From: Candidatus Woesearchaeota archaeon
Lineage (GTDB): Archaea > Nanobdellota > Nanobdellia > Woesearchaeales > UBA10216
DNA length: 64,000 nt
Reading direction: 5' to 3'
Assembly: GCA_016184345.1 (NCBI GenBank)
Contig: JACPCV010000004.1
Location: forward strand, 54,453-118,452
Shown here: piece after piece, positions 38,098 to 47,897 of the stretch
Layout: every line of letters begins with the position of its first letter
How positions within the stretch are numbered: position 1 is the stretch's first letter
Notes under the pieces: model-generated
Told to the model about the DNA's origin: nothing
The model's input: the letters and a program-made list of their open reading frames with translations, nothing else
The model's database searches: none
Made by a program: the position numbers and the translations under genes

Positions 38098-38838
38098 TTA
38101 GGCAATATCCCTAACCTTCCCGAAGCGGTAAACTTTGTCGCCGATAACGAAAACCTCAAACTGGCTTAAATCCTGCCGCATGAACGGACTGATGAATTTC
38201 TCTTTCATGATGTCAGTGCCTATTGTAACCTGATTGAAGGAGGGCATGACTATCATCCTCTTGCCCTTCCACTTGCCGAGGATGAAGCACTTGTAAAGCT
38301 CGCTCCTGGCTCCCTCCCTCAGCGAGACAGCAGGGTGCTCATCGCCAACAATGACAATTTTTGACTTTTCAAACTCTCTGCTGGCAGGGATTTCATGGCC
38401 GTGGCTAACGAATTTGCCGTTAATGGCAATGTCCTCCACAACGACTATGCCCCTTTTCCTCGCTATTGGGGCTAATTTAACATCATGGTTGCCCTTCACA
38501 AGTATCACCTGCTTTGAGTGCCCAAGAAGGAAGTCAATGAGCTTCAGGATTTCACGCCATTCCTGGCCTGTGATCGTGCCAAACTCGTGCTTGAGGTCGC
38601 CGTTCACAACAACAGCCTCAAGTTTTTTACTTTTCAGCTGCAGGCGCAACAGCGAGAATATTTTTTCCAGGCGGCTGATTGTATCCTTAAACTGGAACCT
38701 GGGCAGGAACACGCCCTGCCTTCCCATGGCTTCCTCGTAGCCGAGGTGCACATCCCCAATTACCAGAATGTTCTCTTTCCTGAGGTAGAGCGCGAGGTCA
38801 GCTATTGCAATACCCGGGAGGATTTCTATGAGTGCCAT
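38098..38838 (-). CDS. Calcineurin-like metallophosphoesterase (the MPE partner usually found beside Lhr)
   Basis: 246 aa, GDVHLG...GDLKH...GNHD...GH motifs. Confidence 0.75.
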   Translation of the reverse strand: MALIEILPGIAIADLALYLRKENILVIGDVHLGYEEAMGRQGVFLPRFQFKDTISRLEKIFSLLRLQLKSKKLEAVVVNGDLKHEFGTITGQEWREILKLIDFLLGHSKQVILVKGNHDVKLAPIARKRGIVVVEDIAINGKFVSHGHEIPASREFEKSKIVIVGDEHPAVSLREGARSELYKCFILGKWKGKRMIVMPSFNQVTIGTDIMKEKFISPFMRQDLSQFEVFVIGDKVYRFGKVRDIA

Positions 38839-38886
38839 GCAAAAAAGAAAGATTTAGGGGTATAAATTGGTTGCTGAGAAAAATGC

Positions 38887-39126
38887 CTAACCAAAACTTT
38901 CAGGAAGCTCCATTTCACCAAGGCTGCACCTTTGGCAAATCGTGCCTTCAAGGCTAAGCCCCTTGAGCTTGAACAGCTTGAACGGCCTGCCGCAATTGGC
39001 ACAGGTGATAGTAACCTGCTCAAGAGTGGGAACCTCGTCAGCTGCCTTTTTGACTGGTACGGCAGCTGCTGTTTTCGGCTGCCTCGGCTGCCGCTGTTGC
39101 TTCTTTGCATGCCTGTGCTTCTTCAT
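38887..39126 (-). CDS. Small zinc-ribbon protein with a basic N-terminus, hypothetical
   Basis: 79 aa, CANCG...CQRC. TTTAAATA box ~30 nt upstream (39156-39163). Confidence 0.5.
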   Translation of the reverse strand: MKKHRHAKKQQRQPRQPKTAAAVPVKKAADEVPTLEQVTITCANCGRPFKLFKLKGLSLEGTICQRCSLGEMELPESFG

Positions 39127-39359
39127 GACGCAAGGCAGCTTTTCCCCCTGCCGAATTTAAATAGTTTTTGCTTTCCCGAGTGCTGTAGAAAATCTGCCAA
39201 AGCCTCTTCCGGTCAGTGCAAGTCGGCAGCCGCCGACTGCACAGTCGGGCGCATCCCGACTTGTGCCTGACTCGGTTACTCCCTCCCTCGCTTAGCGAAG
39301 GGAGGAGATAACCGACCTTGGCGTCAAGCCAAGGCTGAAGCGGCAAAAACCGACTGTTT

Positions 39360-42005
39360 CTATAGAGCCGCTTTCCCGCCAATTCTCTCCAGCACCTTCT
39401 GGTGCATCCTCTTTAGGAACTCCTGCCTGTCCTCCATGCGCATGACATCGGTATGGGCTTCAAGAACTATGCTGAAGGCAAAGGGCGAAGGCATTGGCGT
39501 GTTGATTGCTTTCATCTTAATCTTGCCATCTTCCAGAAGCCTGAGCACTGCTGAGGCTGCGGGAAGGTCCATGAGGTCCTCAAGCACCTCCCTCCTGGCT
39601 TCCTTGAGGATGCTGAAGTCAGGGCTGATTCGCCTGACAGCATTAATCAGTATCTGGGAAGATACCTGCTGCCTGCCAACTCGCCTGGTGTAGCCCTTGT
39701 ACTCGCGCAGAATCATCAAAGCCCGGGCAGCGCAATGCCTGAACCTCCTCCTCAGGATTTCTGTATGCTCAAGGGCTGCTGACAGAATTTGGGGAAGCTT
39801 CTCTGACTTCAGAAGCTTAAGGGCAGCTGTAGCGTTAAACGGCTTCTCGTAAGCGACGTAAAAGCCGTTGTCAGTTATGCCTACCTCAACATCGCGGTGC
39901 TGGGTCCTGGAAATGGCAAAAGCAACCGCCCTTGAAAGGCAGTCATTCACCCTCCTGCCAAACATGGAGTGAAAAACAGCATAATGGCGCCTGTCCTCAG
40001 CATAGCTTTCAATGACGATCTTCCTGTCATGCGGAATCTCTGCAAAAAGGAACTGCTCCCTGAAATAGCTGTAGATTGACTGCGCAGAATTTCCATCAAC
40101 GTAGAGGTAGCTGTTTATGAATTCCAGAATCTCCTCCCTGCTGCGGTTGTGGTTGAACTTCTCTTCCATCAATCTGCGAAACCTGCCGATGCTGCTTGCA
40201 AGGTCAAAGCTCAGCGGCAGCATCTCGGAAAACCACGAAGGGATGGTCGGAGGCCTGTCAACAGAGCCCTTAACGTAAGCAACCATGCCCTTGGCGTGGC
40301 CGAACTGGTACTTATCCCCCCCGAGAACAAACACATCACTCTTCTTGAGCCGCTCAAGGAAAGACTCGTCAATCTTGCCAACAACCTGCTCTGTGCCTGA
40401 AATCTTCACGGTAACAAAGGTTTCATCAGGGATTGTGCCTATGTTTGTCATGTAAATAACACGGCTCAGCCTGCCCCTTCTCCCAACCATCCCTGTTGAC
40501 TCATCATACCATATCTTTGCGTAGATATGCCTATCCTCCAGGGAAATATACTTTCCAGCAAGGTAGTCCAGGACATCCTTGAAGTCATTAAAGCCCAGGT
40601 TGTGGTAGCAGTAGCTGCTGCGAACCATACTGAACAGGTCATTGATGTTAATCCTGTCAGCGATTGCTATCCCGAAAATCTGCTGGGCAAGCACATCAAG
40701 GCAGTTCGTCGGCAGGTGTATCCTGTCAATTTCTTTTTCTATTGCTGATTTCAGAAGCACAGCGCACTCAACGAGATCATCACGGTCAAGGACAACAATC
40801 CTGCCTGTTGAAGTCTCGTGCAGGCGATGACCACTGCGGCCTATCCTCTGGATGGCCCTCGCGACTGACTTTGGGCTGCCGAGGAGAATCACAAGGTCAA
40901 CGTAACCAATGTCAATGCCAAGCTCAAGGCTTGTTGAGCTTACAACGCACTTCAGCTTGCCAGAGCGCAAAGCACTTTCAATGCCGTAACGGTGGGATTT
41001 GCTGAGCGAGCCGTGATGCGCACCTATCGTCTGCTCTGCGGTAGCATAATTTTTGGGGAACTTTTCCTTCAGGTGGTTGATAACGCGCTCTGTCGCCGAC
41101 CTCGTGTTGGTAAAAATAAGCGTCGTGCGGTGCTCCTGGATTAAGCTGTCAATAAGGGTGTACATGGCATCACGCATCGACGCCTGGCTGGCATCAATCA
41201 GGTCAGGAACCGGGCTGATAACCTTCAGGTCCATCTTCTTGACAAACTGGACGTCGCAGATTTTGCAGTTCCTGTACTTGCCGCTGCCGACATCGGCAAT
41301 GCCAACAAGGAATTTCGCAATCTCTTCCAAAGGCGCGATTGTCGCTGAAAGCCCAATCCTTGTCATGGCAGGGGAAAGCCGCTGCAGCCGCTCAAGGCTA
41401 AGCGAAAGATGAACACCCCTCTTGTTTTCCGCAAGGGCGTGAATCTCATCAATAATGCACCAGTCAACTCTTCCCAGATGGGCAACGAACTTTGACGAAG
41501 AGAGGACAATCGCCAAGGATTCCGGAGTGGTGATAAGGATGTGAGGCGGCTTTCTGAGCATTTTTGACTTCTCAGCTGCGGTTGTGTCGCCGGTTCTCAC
41601 GGCAACGCGAATGCCAAGCTTTTTGCCTGCAAGCTTCTCAATCTCCTCCAAGGGCTCCTTAAGATTCTTGCTGATGTCATTGTTCAATGCTTTAAGAGGT
41701 GAAACGTAAACGCAGTAAATCCTGTCCTCAAGGATGCCCTTCTGGCTGCAGTCAACCAGCTCGTTAAGGATGGAAAGGAAAGCAGTCAGTGTCTTTGTTG
41801 CCCCTGTAGGGGCTGAAACGAGAATGTTGCCCCTGCTGTGGATTTCCATCACGCCAAAAAGCTGCGGCAGGCTGAACTCCTTAAAGCGCGAGAAAAACCA
41901 CTGCTTAACAAGCGGGTTTAGTATGCCAAGTATCTCATCAGGAGTGTTTGGCACTTCCTTCCTTGCAATTTCTCCGCCATCCGCAGAAGCTGTTGCAATA
42001 ACCAT
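39360..42005 (-). CDS. lhr: Lhr-type ATP-dependent helicase (superfamily 2, DEIH)
   Basis: 881 aa, Walker A APTGATKT, DEIH box (CIIDEIHAL), SAT, and an Lhr C-terminal domain. Confidence 0.9.
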   Translation of the reverse strand: MVIATASADGGEIARKEVPNTPDEILGILNPLVKQWFFSRFKEFSLPQLFGVMEIHSRGNILVSAPTGATKTLTAFLSILNELVDCSQKGILEDRIYCVYVSPLKALNNDISKNLKEPLEEIEKLAGKKLGIRVAVRTGDTTAAEKSKMLRKPPHILITTPESLAIVLSSSKFVAHLGRVDWCIIDEIHALAENKRGVHLSLSLERLQRLSPAMTRIGLSATIAPLEEIAKFLVGIADVGSGKYRNCKICDVQFVKKMDLKVISPVPDLIDASQASMRDAMYTLIDSLIQEHRTTLIFTNTRSATERVINHLKEKFPKNYATAEQTIGAHHGSLSKSHRYGIESALRSGKLKCVVSSTSLELGIDIGYVDLVILLGSPKSVARAIQRIGRSGHRLHETSTGRIVVLDRDDLVECAVLLKSAIEKEIDRIHLPTNCLDVLAQQIFGIAIADRININDLFSMVRSSYCYHNLGFNDFKDVLDYLAGKYISLEDRHIYAKIWYDESTGMVGRRGRLSRVIYMTNIGTIPDETFVTVKISGTEQVVGKIDESFLERLKKSDVFVLGGDKYQFGHAKGMVAYVKGSVDRPPTIPSWFSEMLPLSFDLASSIGRFRRLMEEKFNHNRSREEILEFINSYLYVDGNSAQSIYSYFREQFLFAEIPHDRKIVIESYAEDRRHYAVFHSMFGRRVNDCLSRAVAFAISRTQHRDVEVGITDNGFYVAYEKPFNATAALKLLKSEKLPQILSAALEHTEILRRRFRHCAARALMILREYKGYTRRVGRQQVSSQILINAVRRISPDFSILKEARREVLEDLMDLPAASAVLRLLEDGKIKMKAINTPMPSPFAFSIVLEAHTDVMRMEDRQEFLKRMHQKVLERIGGKAAL

Positions 42006-42059
42006 GAGTTGCTGGAATGGAAAGAGTGTTTAAAAGGGTTACTCACGCATATGATGGTG

Positions 42060-42171
42060 CGCCGGGAGCGGGAACTTCACCTCCCTAGGAAAGGATTTGA
42101 ACCCGCAGGGCCTCTGGGGAAGCCCACTCGTTTCTGAAACGAGCGCGTCTACCTGATTTCGCCATCCCGGC
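42060..42171 (-). tRNA. tRNA-Leu (anticodon CAG), class II, with a ~22-nt intron in the T-loop (59/60)
   Basis: Acceptor GCCGGGA/TCCCGGC, 3-bp D-stem GCG/CGC, anticodon arm CTCGT-TTCAGAA-ACGAG, long variable arm. T-stem GCGGG...CCCGC is interrupted after TTCAAA by TCCTTTCCTAGGGAGGTGAAGT. Confidence 0.6.
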
Positions 42172-42562
42172 GTGAAATAAGCACTGCAAATCAAGATTCA
42201 AATGCCTTTCGTGCAGATTTCCGGAAAACTTTCGAATTATTCAGAAGAGTTTTGTTTAATGCCGTAAATTTTTCACAAATTCGTTAATTTCCCGAAAAGT
42301 TTCCGGTTTGCCCGGATTATTTCGCCCAGGATTTTAGAAAAGTTTATTAATAACCTCACCCATACGGTAGATAAGACCTCTGGGGAAGTTTAAGCGCACG
42401 CCGGTTTCGCCTTTCTTTTTTATTTTTGATCTATTTTTCTCATAGCTGAACAAGTAGTTCACAAAAGTTTATTAAGAAGTTCCACTTAATAACAAATAGA
42501 TTGTTGTGCACAGTTTAGGCGTATACCAATTACGCCATTTTCTTTTTATTTTTTAAACTTAA

Positions 42563-43282
42563 TCAGGCATAGATGCCGTACAAAAGCAAAAGCCCTAACA
42601 GGCTTATTGTTCCAAAAACTGCGACTATAAGCTCCATAAGCCAAATCCTTGAAGGCAGCACTTTCCATTTCAAATGCCCGAAAGCAGCTATGCTGTCCAG
42701 CAGGCTTTTAAACCCAAAAGAGAACCAAAACAAAAGATAGCTGCTCTGCTGCACAGCCAATACAATCAAAACAGTAGTAAAAGCATGCACAAACAATGCG
42801 AAAATTCTTTCAATTACCGGCGCAGTTGCAGTCAGAATAAACTCTGAAACCTTTTTTTGTTTTTCTTCAGCCGCTTGGGAGAGCGAGAAAAGCCCAAGAA
42901 CCCAAGCTTCGGTTGCTCCGAAACCAACACCGAAAACCAAAGCCTCCGGCCAACTTGCTGCACGAAGCATAGGCTGTAAGAGAACAAACAGCAGCACAAT
43001 TCCACACTCAAATATTCCTGTGAGAAACCCAATGTAGGCCCAGCTGGCAGGGCCTGATAAAGCTCTTGGAAAATTCTTCTCGAGAAAATCCATTACGGGT
43101 TTGTTAGTAGGAACACTCCAAGCAAGTTTCAAGCCAACCGCTACAAGCCACGCCAAAGCACCAAGCGCTAGAAATGGCAAAGCGGAAGAACCAGAAACGG
43201 CCATAACTCCTATGGCAGCCACTACAGCTACACCACCCATGCCTAAACGGCCAGCATAGGAAAGAAGACTGGCGGTTGCCAT
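42563..43282 (-). CDS. Polytopic membrane protein, hypothetical
   Basis: 239 aa, ~7 TM segments. Confidence 0.4.
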   Translation of the reverse strand: MATASLLSYAGRLGMGGVAVVAAIGVMAVSGSSALPFLALGALAWLVAVGLKLAWSVPTNKPVMDFLEKNFPRALSGPASWAYIGFLTGIFECGIVLLFVLLQPMLRAASWPEALVFGVGFGATEAWVLGLFSLSQAAEEKQKKVSEFILTATAPVIERIFALFVHAFTTVLIVLAVQQSSYLLFWFSFGFKSLLDSIAAFGHLKWKVLPSRIWLMELIVAVFGTISLLGLLLLYGIYA

Positions 43283-43288
43283 TAAAAC

Positions 43289-44899
43289 TCACCGGAACTG
43301 CTTTTCTTTCATCATGTCCCTGACAAACTTCTTTGTCTCAGGGCTGTCCCTGTCCAGGGCCTTGGGCTGCGCTGGCTGGCGCTGCATCTGCTGCCTGCGC
43401 TTCTCCTCGATTATGCGCCTTATCCTGGACTCCTCATCATCAGGCTGCTGCACCGACCTTTGGCTGCTGCCAGCTTCACCGCTGCCACCTCTCTGCACCC
43501 TTTCCATTGAGCTGCCCCTTCTCTTTTTACGCAGGGAGGAAAGCCCTATAACCGCAACAAGAATCATCAGTGCGGTAAGCAGGAACGGAAGGCGGCTGCC
43601 CTGCTGCCTGCCGGTTTCCGGAGCTATGACCTTGACGTTGGTGCCTGTTATGCCAAGGAAATCAGACGCTTTCTTGACAACAGAGCGCCTGTCCTCAACG
43701 TACACGTTTTCAACAGGGGATGTGCCGGCAACTGTTGGGAAGCTTATGTTGTATTCCCCGCCTGAAACAGCCTTTGTAAGGTCCACCTCAAAGGCCTGGC
43801 CGGGCTTCATGTCAACATCTTCAACAACCACATAAGTCTTCCTGCCAGACAAAGTTACATTGAACATCTTGGCATAATTAACATTGCCTGTGTTGTTGAC
43901 GATAACAGTTCCGTTGTTGAACACGACAGACACACTCTCAACCTCATCAACCACCAGCGGGCTTGCGTCTGCAAGGCCCTTCCCCGATGAGGTGAGGGTA
44001 TAAGCTCCCGGTGCCTGGCCGGGCGCGAAAGCAAGCGTGATGTTTGTGCCCGTATAATTTAATGCGGAGAGGACCGCATTGCCGGCCTGGTCAGAAACCC
44101 TGACGGCAATTGGGGAGCTTATCAAATCATCAGCCTGGTCGTAAACCAAAACAGACAGGTAGAAGATTTCTCCAGGCTTTACAGTACGGCTGCTTAGCGT
44201 GTTAACTATGCGGGTAGGGACTGCCTGGACATCAAAGCCAATCGATGCGGAGCCTGAGTTGCCATACGAGTCGTTGACTGTGAATGAAAGTACATGCCTG
44301 CCGCTCTTAATGTTTCTTGGGAGCCTGATGCTGTACGAAAAGGTGTTGTTTGAAACAAGCGAGGAGTACTGGGTGCCGAGAAAAGCCATCACCACAGAAG
44401 CTGGCAGCGCGTGGCTCTTGCCAACAGTGCCGGAAACCTCAACAGACTGGGATGGAAGGTATGATTCCTTATCAATGAGCAGTGCCACCGATGCCAGGTT
44501 AGTGACGTTGAAGAAGTTTGAAATGCCGCTCTCATTCACAGAGCTGTCAAAAGAGGTTGCATTTGCAGCAACATAGCACCTTCCAAGCATGCTGCCGGAA
44601 ATGCTGAGCGGGGGAACGCTGACCTCCTGCTTCTGGCCTGCATTAAGGTTTGTAGGCAGCGTGTAAAAGTCCAGCCCATAATTGGTGCAGAACAGGGAAA
44701 GCTTCAGCAGCCCGCTAAAGTCCTGGTCGCGCGAAAAATCGTAATTAACCACGACCTGGTCTCCAAAGTTATAAGCATCCTTGTCAGCCTTCACATTCAG
44801 GGAGGCAGAAGCCGAAACAGCACCAAGCAACAGGACGAAACCAAGCAACAGGACGAAATAGACGGCACCCGAGAGAGAACTACACACGCTTTTCTTCAT
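43289..44899 (-). CDS. Predicted cell-surface protein (signal peptide, large extracellular domain, C-terminal TM anchor, charged tail)
   Basis: 536 aa. N-terminal signal (LLLGFVLLLGAVSASA), Ser/Thr/Asn/Val-rich beta-type domain, TM LLTALMILVAVIGL, basic cytoplasmic tail. Confidence 0.5.
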   Translation of the reverse strand: MKKSVCSSLSGAVYFVLLLGFVLLLGAVSASASLNVKADKDAYNFGDQVVVNYDFSRDQDFSGLLKLSLFCTNYGLDFYTLPTNLNAGQKQEVSVPPLSISGSMLGRCYVAANATSFDSSVNESGISNFFNVTNLASVALLIDKESYLPSQSVEVSGTVGKSHALPASVVMAFLGTQYSSLVSNNTFSYSIRLPRNIKSGRHVLSFTVNDSYGNSGSASIGFDVQAVPTRIVNTLSSRTVKPGEIFYLSVLVYDQADDLISSPIAVRVSDQAGNAVLSALNYTGTNITLAFAPGQAPGAYTLTSSGKGLADASPLVVDEVESVSVVFNNGTVIVNNTGNVNYAKMFNVTLSGRKTYVVVEDVDMKPGQAFEVDLTKAVSGGEYNISFPTVAGTSPVENVYVEDRRSVVKKASDFLGITGTNVKVIAPETGRQQGSRLPFLLTALMILVAVIGLSSLRKKRRGSSMERVQRGGSGEAGSSQRSVQQPDDEESRIRRIIEEKRRQQMQRQPAQPKALDRDSPETKKFVRDMMKEKQFR

Positions 44900-44977
44900 T
44901 TTGGCTAACCCTAACCCAACTGCACAGCAGTGGCTTAAATATTTTGCTATTTGACGACAAAAAGCAGCCGCAAACGA

Positions 44978-45844
44978 TTACCCGAAAATCATCGGCGTAA
45001 TGAAAACCTCAACCACTGCCGCAAGGAACAGCGCGCCAACAGAGAGCGCAATGAGGTCAACAGAATCAGTTAGCACAGCCCTGAACCTGGGGCTGCCAAA
45101 GCTGTGCCTCGCAACAGCAACAGAGATTATCCCGCCAGCCAGGGCAGCAATGAAGTAAGCAAGAATCTCAAGGCTGCCGTGGGTGAGGTACCGCATCAGG
45201 CCGACAGAGTACGATGAAAAGTAGCCGGCTATGCCTGACATGCCTGCTGTAGCGGCAGCGCCGCTCAGGGCGCTCCTGACAAAAGAGCCTATGGCCGCAG
45301 CAATGACAGTAGCGTTCCACGCAAGTATGAAAACAGAGCCTGCACCGTAAAAAAAAGCGATAAGAAGCACGAACATAAGAACACGGATGTTATTCATGAA
45401 AATCCTGCCAAAAGAATCTGCCGAAGTAGCAGCAGAAGTGACGCAGCCCACAGCGCCACCGGAGTTTATGCTCTGGATAGTGCACTCCTGGACATTAAAC
45501 AGCTGGCTTGAGAAGGTGTGGGGCAGCACGACATACCACAGCGAGAAGGCAACCACAAAGCCGAGGAAAAGGAACATGAAATACGAAAGGGCCTTGCCAT
45601 GCTCCTTCAAAAGCGCAAGCTCATGCGGGATAACTGCGTCCTTACTCTCCTCCCTCCTCAAAGTGCCCTGAATGAGGTAAGTGCAGGCAAGCGTGGTGAG
45701 AAAAACCATGACAATGCCGGCATACTGCCTGAAGATGTAAAAGCCCAGGAAGATTGACACCGAGCTGTAAACCAGCCCGATAAAGAACATCTCCCACGGG
45801 CTGCGCTCAGCCCTCCTGGGATTGATGAGCATCTCAAGGACCAT
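44978..45844 (-). CDS. DUF95/SpoIIM-like membrane protein
   Basis: 288 aa, 6 TM. Family call is tentative. TTTAAATA box 24-31 nt upstream of the start. Confidence 0.3.
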   Translation of the reverse strand: MVLEMLINPRRAERSPWEMFFIGLVYSSVSIFLGFYIFRQYAGIVMVFLTTLACTYLIQGTLRREESKDAVIPHELALLKEHGKALSYFMFLFLGFVVAFSLWYVVLPHTFSSQLFNVQECTIQSINSGGAVGCVTSAATSADSFGRIFMNNIRVLMFVLLIAFFYGAGSVFILAWNATVIAAAIGSFVRSALSGAAATAGMSGIAGYFSSYSVGLMRYLTHGSLEILAYFIAALAGGIISVAVARHSFGSPRFRAVLTDSVDLIALSVGALFLAAVVEVFITPMIFG

Positions 45845-45915
45845 GCACCCTTCTTTCCGATGCAGCGTTTAAATAGCTTTCCCCAAACTTTACTCAGCCG
45901 GAAACAAAAGCAGGC

Positions 45916-46479
45916 TCAGCGCTTAAACTGGGCAAGGTCAATAACTGCCAGAAAATCCCTTCCCCCATTGGCATATGATACTTCCAGGCTAGGGTGCTTA
46001 AAAGTCGTGAAGCCACCCCTTCCCGGATTCTCCCTGATTTCCTTTTCATAATCCCACTCTTTTGCATTCGGGTTTGAAATGTGCATCAAGGCATGAGAGG
46101 AGTCAGCGGGATGGTAATGCCGTATGACCGTCAGTGCATTTTTAACATCTTCCCCGCCATGCACAACAAGGTTTGCAAGTGATTCAGAGAAAATTCCTAT
46201 AAACAACCAGTACTGCATTCCAAAAAATTGTTTTGTGAATAAGCGGTAATAAAGCTGAAGAGAATGAGCAAGGCCGGCCACCTTGTCTAGACTCACAACC
46301 TGCTCATACTGGGTAAGCCTATAGGGAAGCGTAACATTCTCCCATCTATTAGGAGTGAAGTGCTCGTAATTACCAAAGCTTGCAGCGCCATCCCAACCGA
46401 TGAGCGCCAACATCCCATCCAAACCCAAATCCGGCCGAAATGTCATAAAAAGAAATGCCTTACTTCCTAGCCTTCTCAA
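45916..46479 (-). CDS. Hypothetical protein, occupies the position after rpsL where rps7 would be expected
   Basis: 187-aa ORF overlapping the rps12 stop by ~20 nt. No ribosomal S7 features. Confidence 0.35.
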   Translation of the reverse strand: MRRLGSKAFLFMTFRPDLGLDGMLALIGWDGAASFGNYEHFTPNRWENVTLPYRLTQYEQVVSLDKVAGLAHSLQLYYRLFTKQFFGMQYWLFIGIFSESLANLVVHGGEDVKNALTVIRHYHPADSSHALMHISNPNAKEWDYEKEIRENPGRGGFTTFKHPSLEVSYANGGRDFLAVIDLAQFKR

Positions 46480-46903
46480 GCTTGCCGTGAAGCAGAGCGT
46501 TAAGCGACTGGTCGTTGACCTTGATGACCTTCCACCTCACGCCTGGAATGTCACCGTAAGACCTGCCCTTCCTTCCCCCAATGCACTCAACCATTACCTC
46601 ATCGTGCTCGTCAATAAGCTTTGAAGCGCCATCGCCAGGGCAAAATGCTGTCACCTGCCTGCCATTCTTGATCAATTGAACTCGAACGCACTTCCTCATC
46701 GCAGAGTTAGGCTGCTTTGCCTCAAACTGCACCTTCTCAAGAACAATGCCCTTAGCCTGCCATGAGCCCTCAAGAGGGTCAGACTTAACCCTCAGGTTCA
46801 GAACCCTTGCCACGTAAGAGTGCTTCGCCCACCTCGCCCTGGCCCTGCGCCTAGCAAGCGAGCCTCCTGCATTCAAACCACGAGCCTTCTTCGCCATATC
46901 CAC
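46460..46903 (-). CDS. rpsL: 30S ribosomal protein S12 (uS12)
   Basis: 147 aa, [31 protein letters not shown] signature. Confidence 0.9.
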   Translation of the reverse strand: MDMAKKARGLNAGGSLARRRARARWAKHSYVARVLNLRVKSDPLEGSWQAKGIVLEKVQFEAKQPNSAMRKCVRVQLIKNGRQVTAFCPGDGASKLIDEHDEVMVECIGGRKGRSYGDIPGVRWKVIKVNDQSLNALLHGKLEKARK

Positions 46904-46941
46904 AAGAGCATTAAGGGGTGGTTTATAAAGATTACTAACGC

Positions 46942-46975
46942 TTGAGCTGTAAGGTTAGCGGGTGGTAAGCAAGGT
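46942..46975 (+). repeat. Island boundary repeat A (ttgagctgtaaggttagcgggtggtaagcaaggt), outer left
   Basis: About 31/34 identical to repeat B. Its reverse complement matches repeat D (52753-52785). Confidence 0.7.
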
Positions 46976-47240
46976 ATTGTTCAGGGTTTGTGTTAAGTAA
47001 CAGATGTTAAGGAAACGTCTGAAAAACATTTATAAAGGTCTATTATTGAGCTTTTTCTATGGGTAGGGCACCAAGCCATAAAACAGAGAGGTATGGTGCA
47101 AAGGTAAGCCATAAACAGGTTGTTTGCTCAAAACAGTTCCCAGAATGCCCTGAAACTCCGAATTACAACGATTGCCACACTTGTCCCTTGTGGGGAACGG
47201 GCATTAGTTCAACATATAAGCAAAAATGGTTAAACGAAAA

Positions 47241-47274
47241 TTGAGCTGTAAGGTTAGCGTTTGGTAAGCAAAAG
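47241..47274 (+). repeat. Island boundary repeat B (ttgagctgtaaggttagcgtttggtaagcaaaag), inner left
   Basis: Its reverse complement matches repeat C (52332-52362), about 21/27. Confidence 0.7.
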
Positions 47275-47306
47275 CTGTTTATAAAACTAGCTTTGATGAG
47301 GTAAAA

Positions 47307-47897
47307 ATGCTTATTCCGCCTTATCCAATAATCCCGATGCAATTTCAATATTTGGAAAAGATTGATAAAATTGCTCAGGATTTGCAAGAGAAGGCAAAAC
47401 AGCACGGTCACAAAGATAAATTTATTGATGGGAACGAGTTAAGAGCCAATAAAATCGGTAAATTAGGCGAACTCGGTTTTAGGGACTTTCTTGATTTATA
47501 TTCAATCAAGTATGAATATGATGAAAGTTTGGATGACCTTGATGAAAAGGATTTTTTCTTATGGGAAGCAGAGAAAAAAGCAAAGTTAGATTTAAAGACT
47601 CAACGTATAAGGGAAAATCAACGACCTATACCTATTTGGAATTGTGAGGTTAATGATAAGCAAAAAGATAAAAAAATGGATTACTATGCTTTTACAAAGT
47701 ACAATGAGGATATTCAGGAACTTCATTTTGTTGGATTTATTGGTTATGAACGTTTCTGGAAAATAGCTCAAAAAAGGAAAGTTGGAGAAACGTTTTTTGG
47801 TGGAGAACCAGTAAAAGGCGACAATTGGTGTGTTCAAATATCGGATTTAGAAACGCCTGAAGAATTTTTAAAACAATTTAAAAAGAAACAACAATAA
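47307..47897 (+). CDS. Hypothetical protein, convergent with the methyltransferase; possible PD-(D/E)xK nuclease
   Basis: 196 aa, AT-rich. Segment ...GFRDFLDLY...DFFLWEAEKK offers a possible D...E-x-K arrangement, weakly supported. Abuts the methyltransferase stop with no gap. Confidence 0.3.
   Translation: MLIPPYPIIPMQFQYLEKIDKIAQDLQEKAKQHGHKDKFIDGNELRANKIGKLGELGFRDFLDLYSIKYEYDESLDDLDEKDFFLWEAEKKAKLDLKTQRIRENQRPIPIWNCEVNDKQKDKKMDYYAFTKYNEDIQELHFVGFIGYERFWKIAQKRKVGETFFGGEPVKGDNWCVQISDLETPEEFLKQFKKKQQ

Noticed and set aside
42180-42560. SRP (7S) RNA or RNase P RNA next to tRNA-Leu
   Set aside because: The region is AT-rich and lacks the GC-rich helices and conserved SRP domain IV motifs.
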